Positions 1 through 10,300 of a stretch of 64,000 nucleotides of DNA are shown here, one piece after another. Both the position numbers and the translations under genes were made by a program. Below the pieces are notes generated by a model. The model did no database searches and was not told where the DNA came from. It saw nothing but the letters and a program-made list of their open reading frames with translations. Position 1 is the stretch's first letter; each line of letters opens with the position of its first letter. The DNA is from Zootoca vivipara (taxonomy: Eukaryota). The DNA is taken from assembly GCF_963506605.1 (NCBI RefSeq), contig NC_083281.1:56854001-56918000 (forward strand), read 5' to 3'.

Positions 1-27
1 CCTCCTGTACCAAATAGGGAAACTCAC

Positions 28-1248
28 TGTTGCTGCTGCTGCTACTGCTGCTGCTGGAGTCCTTTTCTTGTGGCGGGGGTGCCAGCTGCTGCATGAGTGG
101 TGACTGGGCTCCAAGCAGCCCAGGGAAGTCTCTTCTCATCATGGCCTGACGTGTGTGCTCTTCTAACCCAGCAAAGACTTGCTCCCCTGGAAGTACAATG
201 GGGGAGGAAGAAGCCGCATTAGCCCATTGCCCTTCCCAAGCCCAATCATTCCTTGCCCCCACCTCAGATGCCCAGTGATGGTCTCCCCTACCTGAAGATG
301 GCCCAGAATGGGACTAATGCCTGGGCTCCATTCCCCAAAACAGCTTTCCCCAAACCCTTCCTGCAAAGCAACTGTGGCCTGACCAATCCGTCCCTTCGCA
401 TCCTTTCCAACATGACCTGGAAATACAAATGTCTTCAGCAGCATTAAGCACACAGGGAGGGCTCTTGCCTACCCTGGCTCTGCCCTAGCATTTGCATGTG
501 CTCCCCCACCCCCGGGGCCCAGATTTTGGAAGAGCTTGTCCTGCCATACAGGTTCTCCTCCTTCAGGGGTAAAACTGTTACATGTGTGTAAAAGATTTTA
601 GTGTAGGCGATAGCAAACCCACTTATCTACTTTTGCTAGGCAAATTTGAGGTGGGAGACTTATTCTGTGGATGTTGTGGTCCAGGTTTAGTTATCTGCTT
701 TAGTTCCTCCTTGATACATTTTCTCTTAAGTTGTGCAAAGTGGGCAGTGCTTGCCTGAAATTGCCAGACTCTTTCCTGGGCCTTTGCTATTTCAATTCTG
801 ATCCTAAAGCTATCATGGTGCCTGGAAGTCCCCTGTTCCTCCTTGTGCAAGGGAGACTAGCCAGCCATTCCCAACTAGTACCGAGAAGCTGTTTTTTGCA
901 GAAGAAACATCAGTGGGTAAGGTGGCCCAATGAGAGACAGAATGCCACTAGAATGGCGGAGAGGGGTTCTGAGCCCCCATAGTGCCCAAGGAGCCCTTAT
1001 GCTCCAAGAGGTACATGGACATGTCTCAGCTCAGCTAACAAATCCTCGATGCTGGGCAGGGAGTCCTCACCAGGGCTATGGGAGAAGAATGCAGCAAATA
1101 GCGGGAGGGGGGCTGCCCCCATCATTTTGCGGGTGAGGATGCCTCGCTTGGGCGGGGAAAGGGGGTGAAGGTGGAAGTGACAACAGCCCCCCTCCCCTTA
1201 TTACTCACAGTGGACTTTATTGGGGGTGGTCTGTTTCCGACGGGACAT
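28..1248 (-). CDS. ZNF821: Zinc finger protein 821, first two coding exons (1209-1248, 28-186); gene continues off the left edge
   Basis: The spliced translation MSRRKQTTPNKVH|WEQVFAGLEEHTRQAMMRRDFPGLLGAQSPLMQQL...DSSSS matches the recalled ZNF821 N-terminus (MSRRKQTTPNKVHWDQVFAGLEEQARQAMMKTDFPG). GT-AG boundaries have consistent phase 1. ZNF821 neighbours IST1 in human. Confidence 0.93.
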
Positions 1249-3000
1249 GGTTCCCCCCCCCAGGGGGGGCGCACCTGCGGAGAGAAGAGCCCTGTCACCA
1301 TGCGGGGGATGACCAGGGTAGGCGAGCGGGGGGCGTTTAGAGATAAGCCCCCACCCCGCGCTCGAAAGGAGGCTGCCGCCGCCTCGGCCCTTACCTGAAA
1401 CCGTCGCCCGGCCTGGGCTCGCCCAGCAGCGCTGCAGGAGGACAAAGGGCCGCCCGGGCTGGCAGACAGACAGACAGAGGAAGATGGCGGCACGGCGGGA
1501 GCGCCCGGCTCGTGCACGACGGGACCGACGGACAGACAGGCGGACGGGGGCGCGCTGCGCTGGAGCCCTTCCCTCCCCTCCGAGCGGAGCGCGCCTCCTG
1601 CCTAGCAGCAGGGGCGCCGATCCCGAGGCCGTCGCAGGCGCTCAGCCGGGAGGGGGTCCCGCAGCCATCAGGCCGACGCCTCCGGGGGCTTCAAGCACTA
1701 AGACCAGCCAGCGGGGCCAGAGCTGCTTCCTTCGGCGCTCTCCACGGGCCCGGCTACAGAGGAGGAGGAGCAGGAGCAGCTGCTACAGCTGCTGCAACCC
1801 GCCTCCCTTGCCCCGAGTTGCCTCCTTCCACGGGGCCGCTTCTCCTCTTTTCGGAGCGGGGCCACCGCGGTGCTAGTGGTGGGGCTGCCGCCGTCCCCGC
1901 CTCTTTTCAAGCCACGAGCAGGGGGGCCCGATTGACGCCCCCGCCATGCCCTGCAAGGCGCCCGGCCATTCACGCGAGCGCCCCTACAGCGGGAGGGCTC
2001 CAGTCCGCCGCGCGACGCCCCCGGGGAAGGGAAGCAGCTCGGAAGGAGGGAGGCAGTGGGCGGAGCCGCCGCCTCTTTCTCCCCCTTCTCCGACGTCGTA
2101 CCCGACGAGGCCGGAACTCTCCAGCCGCGGTTGAGGGCTATGGAGGGACCTTAATGAAGGTAACGCTCGCTTTAAGAAGTACGACTTTTATTGAGGTCCC
2201 TCCTGCTCCAGTGAGAGATCCCTCCGCCCGTAAAGTAGTTCCGGACAAACACAAAGCGCCCCGTGCGTCGCTGCACTGTATACTGGAGAAGCCGCGTCGC
2301 AGACAGAGGGCCGGACGCTGCTAAGAACTACGGCTGCTTCTGCTACTGTCGCTATCCCGCACTTCCTCCACCTCCTTCTCCTCCTGCAAAGCAGAGAGGA
2401 GAGACGTATCCCTCCGCCTGCCCAGCTGAGGCTGGAGCCGTGACGCCGCCGACGCCACCTTCGCTGCCTGCCGGGACAGACGGAGACAAAAAGACCCCCC
2501 CCCCGCCCCCGGGTAAGGCCGCCCCGGCTGACCGCCCTCGCTCGGCTCTGCGTTTTTCGGGGAGCGGGGCCGTTGCCCTCCTTGGACGACTCGAGGTCTT
2601 GGTTCCCGCCGCCCTCACAAGCCTCCCCCGCCTTCCAGGTCGCCTTTCGCCCGAGGAACGGGCCGAGGCAGGGAAGGGCCCCGGGAAAAGCGAGAGGTCT
2701 GAGAGGCCCAGAGGGGCCGCCGCCTGACGCGGCCTTCAGCCAGCCGGTGGCGGGAGGCGCGGGCGAAGAAGCGGCGCTTCCTGGTCCGCGGCTGACGGGC
2801 TTGGCCTCTGCCCAGCCTGGCCGCTCGCCTTCCCTTCTGGCTCTTGCTCCTGCCGCTGGCCGGGAATGGCTCCTCCTTGGGGCCTGTAGCACATCAAAAC
2901 TGGCTGTCCGAGCCACGGGTCGGGCGGCGCTGGTGTTCCTTCTTTGGGGTCTCTGAACCCGGATCGGGGAGCTGCCTGTGTCTAGCCGAAAGCGAAGCCG
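1100..3000. promoter_or_regulatory. CpG island / bidirectional promoter shared by ZNF821 (-) and IST1 (+)
   Basis: Very GC- and CpG-rich. There is a candidate ZNF821 non-coding exon donor near 1395 (CAG|GTAAG on -) and a candidate IST1 non-coding exon 1 donor at 2513 (GG|GTAAGG). Confidence 0.8.
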
Positions 3001-3294
3001 TTGCCGGAAGAATAGTTGGGAATTGCCTTCGTGCCTCTGTAGTTCAACTACCTCCAAACTCCCCCTCCCTCTTGGAGCAAATCCCACATAGGTGGGAGCT
3101 GAACTCTACCGCTTCCAGTGCTGAAAAGCAGGACAGGTTTGTCCTCCAGGGATTGGAACTGGTTAAAGAGATCCAAGGTTGTGAGCTGCCCCTTGTGCTG
3201 TATATGGTTGGGCCTGGCTGATCAAATCATGTAGAAAAGGGGGGGGGGAACAGAAATCTGTTGCTTGCACAGATGAAAGTGCTGTACACAGACA

Positions 3295-3298
3295 GACA

Positions 3299-3338
<40 letters not shown>
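3295..3338. repeat. (CA)n microsatellite
   Basis: Read directly from the sequence. Confidence 0.95.
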
Positions 3339-3341
<3 letters not shown>

Positions 3342-3719
3342 CATTTCTTAAGTGGATAAAGAGGTTTTGGCATACTGTATACAGTGTTACACACACTTGA
3401 GTCTGTATGGACTCTGTTTAAAAATGGCTGGCATTCATAGTCTATTCAAACATTAATTCTTGCTGTAAACTAAAATTCACATTAAAATTACTTATATTTG
3501 CTTGTTTGCTTTATTATATAAGTGTTTGCAGCAGAGATAAAACATTACAGCTCACAACCTTTCCACATTCAAAGCAATCCAGATCCTGAGATCAGCACCT
3601 GAGACCATTCACTGTCTGCCCCTCCAAAAGATGTTCGACAAGCAGCAACAAGATAACAGTCCCCCCCCCCCCCGGCTCCAGTTGTGAAATGTTCCAGCAC
3701 CATGCAAAAAAAACCTAAT

Positions 3720-3920
3720 TAATTAAAAAATTGTCCAGTAGCACCTTAGAGACCACCCAAGTTTGTTCTGGGTATAAGCTTTCATGTGCATGCACACTTC
3801 TTCAGATACCTATGAAAGCTTATACCCAGAACAAACTTAGTTGGTCTCTAAGGTGCTACTGGACAATTTTTTAATTTATTTCAACTGCGTAAGACCAACA
3901 CGGCTACCTACCTGAATCTA
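3720..3920. mobile_element. Penelope-like element terminal remnant arranged as an inverted pair
   Basis: TCCAGTAGCACCTTAGAGACC...GGGTATAAGCTTTCAT is mirrored by ATGAAAGCTTATACCCAG...GGTCTCTAAGGTGCTACTGGA. It carries a hammerhead core, and the same family occurs at 4488 and 44765. Confidence 0.7.
3771..3810 (-). ncRNA. Minimal type I hammerhead ribozyme motif (Penelope-associated)
   Basis: The minus strand reads GGUAU-CUGAAGA-A-GUGUG CAUG CACAU-GAAA-GCUUA-UACC: helix I, CUGANGA and GAAA cores, helix II and a palindromic minimal helix III. Confidence 0.75.
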
Positions 3921-4252
3921 GAACCATGCAAAAAAGTTATTATCAGCATTTGGACAGCACTGATGATTGAGATTTTTTTGAATACTGGTGCCCCGCTTGT
4001 GTAGAGCAGGGAATATTATGTTTAGATTAATTTTTGACCACTCTTAGTGTTTTATATTTGTATCACTTTATTGAATTTTAAATGTATTTTGTATTTTATT
4101 CTAAATAACTCTGGAATGTCTCTGAATGTGCAAAGCAATATATAAATATTACGAGTAGAATATATCTACACAGGAAACTGCTAGCTGCCTGCCTTAAACA
4201 CACATGACAGTAGGCTTTTTCTCTCTTGTGTTCTTGGCAGGAATTCCACACC

Positions 4253-7200
4253 ATGTTGGGCTCTGGGTTCAAGGCTGAGCGCTTGCGAGTCAACCTACGT
4301 CTCGTCATCAATCGCCTCAAACTGTTGGAGAAAAAGAAAAGTGAGTGGACTTTTCTACCTAATTCCTTGACCTCATCACCAGAGTAGTGATTCAGGAGGT
4401 TTCTGGTAGTTGTGGTGTCCCACAACATCATGTGCAGGCTATAAATTAAAAGATGCTTAATTTATAGCCTGCACATGTTGTTTCAGTGTATCTGAAGAAG
4501 AGTGCATGCAACCGAAAGCTTATACCACTCAGCTGGTCTCTAAGATGCCACATAATTTTTTAAGTTGTTTTGGAAGGATTCTTCTAAAGATTTTCTTAGA
4601 TCATATAACTGTTTTGAAGACTTGATTCTTTTAAGGGAGTTTTTAGGTTTTTAAAAAGAGTCTTTTTAAGTATCTTTTAAAAGATTTGTTTTAATTTATT
4701 TTGACATGTCAGAGTGTAAATGTGGAATTGCTTGTGTATGTACTGTACTTCAAAGATGCCGAGAATTGTGGTCATTGGGATGGGGGTGGGGATTCTCTGA
4801 AGAGTTCTCAGGTTTGTGGACTTGTATCCAGTGCTAGCCCCACTATACTCATTGAATGGACATGGTTACTAAATTTCAATAGGTCTACTCGGAGTATAAC
4901 TTAGTTGGAGACAACCCACAGTCCTTCCTGGTGGAGCCCCGCTTTTTGCATACACAAACACCCCAGGCAGGGCCAGGGCAGGCTTGTGGGCCTCCCCTGC
5001 TGCCCCATGATAAACCCTTTTCTTGCAGCTGAGTTAGCCCAGAAGGCACGGAAGGAAATTGCTGACTACCTGTCTGCTGGCAAAGATGAGCGGGCTCGCA
5101 TCCGTGTGGAGCACATCATCCGGGAGGACTACTTGGTGGAGGCCATGGAGATCCTGGAGCTCTACTGTGACTTGCTTCTAGCACGCTTTGGCCTCATACA
5201 ATCTATGAAGTAAGGTCTTGGCCTATGGGGAAGAGGGTGCTGGGTGCCTGCCATGTGTCCCCTCCCCTCGGTCTGCTAGGTCTAGGACCTCTTTGTCCTC
5301 CTTGTCTCTTGCAACTACTTGCTCACCCTTGCCTTGCTTTGTGTCCCTTCAGGGAGCTGGACTCTGGCCTGGCAGAAGCTGTCTCCACCCTCATCTGGGC
5401 AGCCCCCCGACTGCAAGCGGAGGTGGCTGAGCTGAAAATGGTGAGTAGTGCCAGTTGTGTCTTGGCAGAGCAGCAAAGGACACTGCGTTTGCTGCTCAGC
5501 CTTCCTGGACATCAGGGGGCAGCAGTTAGGAAAACACTTTGATCTATCCTCACAGGATGCTCAGAGAACTTGGTGACTTTCTTGGTTGAGCTGGGAGTTT
5601 AGGTTGGCTCCAGTCTCCAAACCCCTGAACCTTTTGTCTAGGGCTGTTGCCATAGTTGCTGTACCCTGTCTTAAATAGAAGGGAGCCAGTGGTGCCTGGA
5701 CTCTATTTTGAGTGTGCCATTTCCATACTAGGTTGCTGACCAGCTGTGTGCCAAGTACAGCAAAGAGTATGGCAAGCTGTGCCGGAGCAACCAGATTGGG
5801 ACCGTCAATGACAGGGTGAGTGGAATGGGAAGGGCATCATGGGGGTGAGATGGCAGTAAGGCTCTCAGGAGCTACTAACCACAATGGCTATGACTTCCTC
5901 TGCTGTCAGAGGTTAGGTCCGCTCCTGAAGTCAGTTGCTGGGAATTGCAGGTGAAGAAGAGCACTGCTGCTGCTCCACTCAGGGGATTCTTGTTGGGGCA
6001 TTTGTTTGGCCACTGTGAGGACAGGATGCTGAGCTAGACAGGCTGATGGCCTGACCCAGCAGGCTGCCCTTATGGGAGGGAATGATATCAGTGCTTCATA
6101 AATATGGGTTGTTTGCAGCAGGAGGTCCTGTCTGTGGTGCTACAGCAGGTGAGGTAGAAACATCTTTTTTCTGGCTTGGATATCTCTTAGCTAAGTGTTC
6201 TTGACCTGCCCAACTCAGTGAAGAGCTCACTCTTCCCTCCCTCCCTTCCAGCTGATGCACAAGTTGAGCGTAGAGGCACCTCCCAAAATCCTAGTGGAGA
6301 GGTACCTGATTGAGATCGCAAAGAACTACAACGTGCCGTATGAGCCAGACTCTGTTGTCATGGTGAGTGACTGGGAGGTGTTCCACTCTCAATTCCCTCA
6401 TTAGCAGCTCCCTTTCCCACATGTGACATAAGCTTCTTCCTCTTCCCAGGCTGAGGCTCCCGCAGGCGTGGAAGCTGACCTGATTGATGTGGGATTTGTG
6501 GATGATACAAAGAAAGGTGGCCGTGGAGGTGGAGGTGGCGGTGGTTTCATGACCCCAATGGCTGGTCCTGATGGAGTTGTGCCAATGCCCATGCCCATGC
6601 CGTCTCCAGCTCCCCCTTTTTCATACCCACCTCCGAAGGGGCCAGTAAGTCCTATGTCTTGCTTGAAACAGGAGGGGAGTCTGTAAAGTTGGGCTTGGGG
6701 GTGGTAGTTGGGGAGGGGAGGGGAAGGAAAGGATAGCAGTCTACTGTGTGAGTTAGCATCTGAGCACACCTCACTAACTGCTGTGTGAACAGGGATTTCC
6801 AGCTGTTCTGGCTGGTATTGCCTATCTGATTCTGCCATTAGGAAGGGGTGCTGGTCTGACTTAACAATTTCTCCCTTTAGGAGCACTTCAACGGGCTACC
6901 GGTGGGCACCTACCAGCCTTTCACCAGCCTTCACCCACCACAGATTCCAGCAACACCTCCAACATACGAGTCTGTAAGTATTGCTGGTGAAAAAGAAAAG
7001 CTGAATTGCTGGGAGGGCAAGTCCTCTCTGCTGGGACTGTTGCTGTTCCTAGTCTAGTGCTGGGTATTGGCAGGCCTTCCCACTTGGACTGACTGAGGAG
7101 TTGCCATCCACTGGATTTGGGCTTGCAGCAGACTTCATGTACCTTTGATTTGATTTTGATTTATTGTATTTCTATGCTGCTTTTCATTCAAATGATCTCA

Positions 7201-9462
7201 AAGCAGCTTACAAACAATAAATAGCCATAACATAATGAAATATAATGGCATGTCGCAAATACAGCATACATCATATAAAATAATTAACAAATTATCAATA
7301 AAACAGTGGCAATCTATTAAAAAACTTAACAAAACAGCAACTAAAAATACAGTGGTCCCTCGACTTACAAACTTAATCCATTCCGAATGCACATTCGTAG
7401 GTCGAAAAGTTTGGAAGTCGAAACACGGTTTCCCATAGGAAAAAAAATATTCGGAAAAATTCGTAAGTCGAAAAAACCGCATTTAAAGCCACCAACGGTT
7501 TCCGTTCGGATGTAGAAAAATTTGTAAGCGTGCGGCCATTTGTCCCGTTCGTAAGTCAGAACCTACGGATGTCGAGTAATTCGTAAGTCGAGGGACTACT
7601 GTAAGCTAAACCTCACAATTACAGCAAGTCATGTGATTAACAAAAAAATGTGGCATTTAGAATCTATAAAACAATATTAAAATCATTAACAAAATAGCAA
7701 CTAAAAATATAAGCTAAGCACTAAGTTCATTGACACAGTCTCTCCACCCCCATGTCTCATAATCTTTCACTCTGTTCAGTTCATTAAAATACACATAAAT
7801 GTACATAATGCCAGATGTTGCACTGGCTGGAGTCCTCGAGTAGAGGGCCATGGTGGAGATGATGGGGCTCTCAGGCCTACCGCCATTGGTAAGGTGGATG
7901 TTGACTGCCTAGGCATTGTTGAGGAGAAACTTGCCTACATCACTATCAATAATCAGGAGTCCCATTCCCACTTGAGTCCCATTCCCACTTGAGGAAGTCC
8001 AAGACAAGCCTGTCCCTCTGGAGCAGCGAGTGGCAACTGCACTTGGTATACAGGCCGACCAGGAGGTCCAGGAGTGGCCCTGCAGCCTGTCCATCAGAAG
8101 CTGATCCAGCTTCTTCAGCCACACCTTGGTTGACATTGTGGTGGTAGAGGAGACGGCCACTGAGGGAAGTGAGCAGGGCAGCTACTTGAGTCTACCAGGC
8201 AGAAGGGAGGGGCTGTGATAAAGATGCCGAGGGAGCCTCAACATGATCTCAGCAGCCTGGATGAGCTTGCAGACGTATCACCTTGGTCTCAGAGTCCAGG
8301 CTGCTGCCCATGGAAGGCATGAGTGGAGGATGTTGGCCGGCAGCGATGGAGGATGAGATGGGGGGGGGGGGCTGAGCAGCTAGAGAGTGTGGAAATGGAG
8401 ATGCATCCACCTTCATGCCCTTGTGCTTGTTCAGCTGCTGCTCTCCAGACTTCTGTGGTTGCTGGTGGTGGTGGTTCATGTCAGGTTGAAGGTGAGGCTG
8501 CCAGTGATGGTGAAGAGCTACTGCATCGTCAGGCCATCCTTGGGGGACATAGCCAGGGGCGCTTGCTGATCAGGTAGTCAGCCATGCTGAGCGGCTCCCC
8601 CTCACCACCAGGCCAGGCTCACCACCACTGCTTCCTCCTCCTCCAGATCCCTCATTTCATCCTTCCTTCTGCTGTCTGGCAAGGCTGCGTGAAGAAGATG
8701 GGAACACCAGATACGGTGCTTCTGCTGTGCATGTAGGCCTCTAGGGAGTTGTCAGGTGGTGGTTCTGTGTGGGGCGCTCCATCCAAAGCCAGCTTTTTTC
8801 TGTTTCAGATTGATGACATGGGTGCTGACAAGGAATTGCCATCCCCACAGGTGACCGGTGAGTGCAGGGCCAGGCCGGAGGGGGTGGCTGTGGAGCTGGC
8901 AAGGCAGTGAGGAGGGAGGGAGGTGGTGATGTCAGGGGAAAGCTGGTGCTTGTGTTTATTGTTGGTCCTCTTCACTCTTGTGTTTGCTCAAGTTGCTGAG
9001 GTAAGCATGTGCCCGTGTGTGTGTGCCCGTGTGTTTGTGTGTGTGTTGGGGCAGAGAGCTTGGGCCCCTGTAGCAACTGGTAGGAGCTGCAAGGCTCAAC
9101 TGAAGTGCAGCAAGTGCTCGCTTCAGCAGCACATATACTAACTGTAGTACAGCAAAAAGAAGAATGGTCCTACCCATGCCCCTACTACTGTTAGGTAGAC
9201 TACTGTTTTTGCTGCCTTGAGCCTGCCCACTGGTTGTAACCAGTCACTCTTGTCTGCTGCAGGACCAGCCCCAAAACCACAGCCGAGGGGGAGGCCACCA
9301 GCTGCAGTTCCTAGTTCGGGCGATAATTTTGTGCTGCCAGAGTTGCCATCTGTGCCAGACACGCTGCCTGCCGCTTCTGCTGGTGCCAACACTTCTGCCT
9401 CAGAAGACATTGACTTTGATGACCTCTCTCGAAGGTTTGAGGAACTGAAGAAGAAAACTTAA
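4253..9462 (+). CDS. IST1: IST1 factor associated with ESCRT-III; coding exons 4253-4340, 5029-5209, 5353-5440, 5732-5815, 6252-6362, 6450-6644, 6881-6973, 8809-8857, 9263-9462
   Basis: MLGSGFKAERLRVNLRLVINRLKLLEKKK...ELAQKARKEIADYL...NFVLPELPSVP...DFDDLSRRFEELKKKT*. All introns are GT-AG with consistent phases, and the C-terminal MIT-interacting motifs are intact. Confidence 0.97.
4488..4560 (+). mobile_element. Degenerate Penelope-like fragment with hammerhead core
   Basis: GTAT-CTGAAGA-AGAGTGCATGCAACC-GAAA-GCTTATAC...GGTCTCTAAG; helix II is partly mismatched. Confidence 0.6.
7350..7601. mobile_element. Tc1/mariner (Tigger-like) MITE nested in the composite element
   Basis: TIRs CAGTGGTCCCTCGACTTAC / GTAAGTCGAGGGACTACTG, flanked by TA on both sides. 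Confidence 0.85.
7984..8136 (-). pseudogene. CDC42BPB (MRCK-beta) exon 1 fragment
   Basis: MSTKVWLKKLDQLLMD.../LLDLLVGLYTKCSCHSLLQRDRLVLDFLKW versus recalled MSAKVRLKKLEQLLLDG...[29 protein letters not shown]. Confidence 0.85.
8227..8343 (-). pseudogene. Cyclin L (CCNL2-like) exon 1 3' fragment
   Basis: LPANILH/MPSMGSSLDSETK..VIR/CKLIQAAEIMLRLPR versus recalled CCNL2 [43 protein letters not shown]. Confidence 0.85.
8404..8479 (-). pseudogene. USP7 exon 1 fragment
   Basis: MNHHHQQPQKSGEQQLNKHKGMKVD(A) versus recalled USP7 [26 protein letters not shown](A). Confidence 0.85.
8486..8585 (-). pseudogene. IMPDH (IMPDH1/2) first-coding-exon fragment
   Basis: MADYLIS../GYVP/KDGLTMQ*LFTITGSLTFN versus recalled IMPDH1 [33 protein letters not shown]; two frameshifts and one stop. 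Confidence 0.88.
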
Positions 9463-10300
9463 AAAGAGCCCCTGAACAGGGGGCCGATGGGCCTGATTGC
9501 TGCCTCCTCCTCCCCTCTTAGCACGGTCAAGTGCTCGTTCCTCTTCCTCCGCTTGGCCTTTCTTCCTTCTGTACTTACACCAAATGCCACTGCTTTTCTG
9601 ACATTCTGCTCCAGGAGTGGGGGACTGCACAGCCTCTTTGAGATGGGAGCAGGAACAATCCCTCCGAATGCATTGCTCTGCAGTCTGCAGCCGGGCATTA
9701 GAGGGGAAAGGGAGTGATGTAGGTGGCCTCTCATTTGGACACACAGTGGCATAGGGACACCAACCTGAAGATTCTGGGCAACGCGCGTGCCCCCCTCCAG
9801 GCATGTGCTGTGGAAGGGGAGCTGCTCTGGGCCCCTGATAGCTTTGTTTTGCCTGCCGCGTTCTCAGGGAGCCCTCCGGGGCCATTATGACTTTCCTTTG
9901 GGGAGGGATGCTGTGGGGCACAGGAGTTGATCAGTCTACACTCCTCGTGGCTCAGTGGTCCTCCTGCCTCTGGCTTGCAGAGCAGCAGGCACATTTTCCT
10001 AGCTTTGAGTGAGCCCAGTTCTGCCTTAACGTGGCTCTGCATCAGGCTGGGTTCAGGGCCATTGCTTGACGTGTGCCATCACTCCTGGTTCTCTAGCCTC
10101 TTCCCTTGCCTATAGGGCAAAGCCATGGGTGGTGGTGGTGACAGCAGCAGCAACACATCCAGCAACTTCTGCTGCTCTTACAGACCAGCTGCAGTGCCAG
10201 CAGCCAACCTCAGCTCTCCCATGTAACACTCCGTATGTAACTCTTTCATGTGGCTTTTCTGGGACAATTTGATTGGTTTGTATCTTCTCTATTAATTCTA

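Larger units (their letters stand above)
7150..8790 (-). mobile_element. Composite non-autonomous retroelement candidate: chain of captured first exons, AT-rich spacer and L2-type 3' tail
   Basis: Decayed IMPDH, USP7, CCNL2 and CDC42BPB first-exon fragments lie in tandem on one strand. The 3' end TGTAAGCTGCTTTGAG...GAAAAGCAGCATAGAAATACAATAAA resembles the tails of the SINEs at 23261 and 56210. Boundaries are approximate. Confidence 0.7.

Noticed and set aside
1122-3221. Many long overlapping ORFs (up to 299 aa) in the CpG island
   Set aside because: Low-complexity Arg/Pro/Gly/Ala products, expected from stop-codon scarcity in GC-rich DNA; no recognisable domain.
7870-7960. DSDVGKF...GRPE resemblance to MHC class II beta
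   Set aside because: The spacing is wrong and flanking residues do not match; left unassigned.
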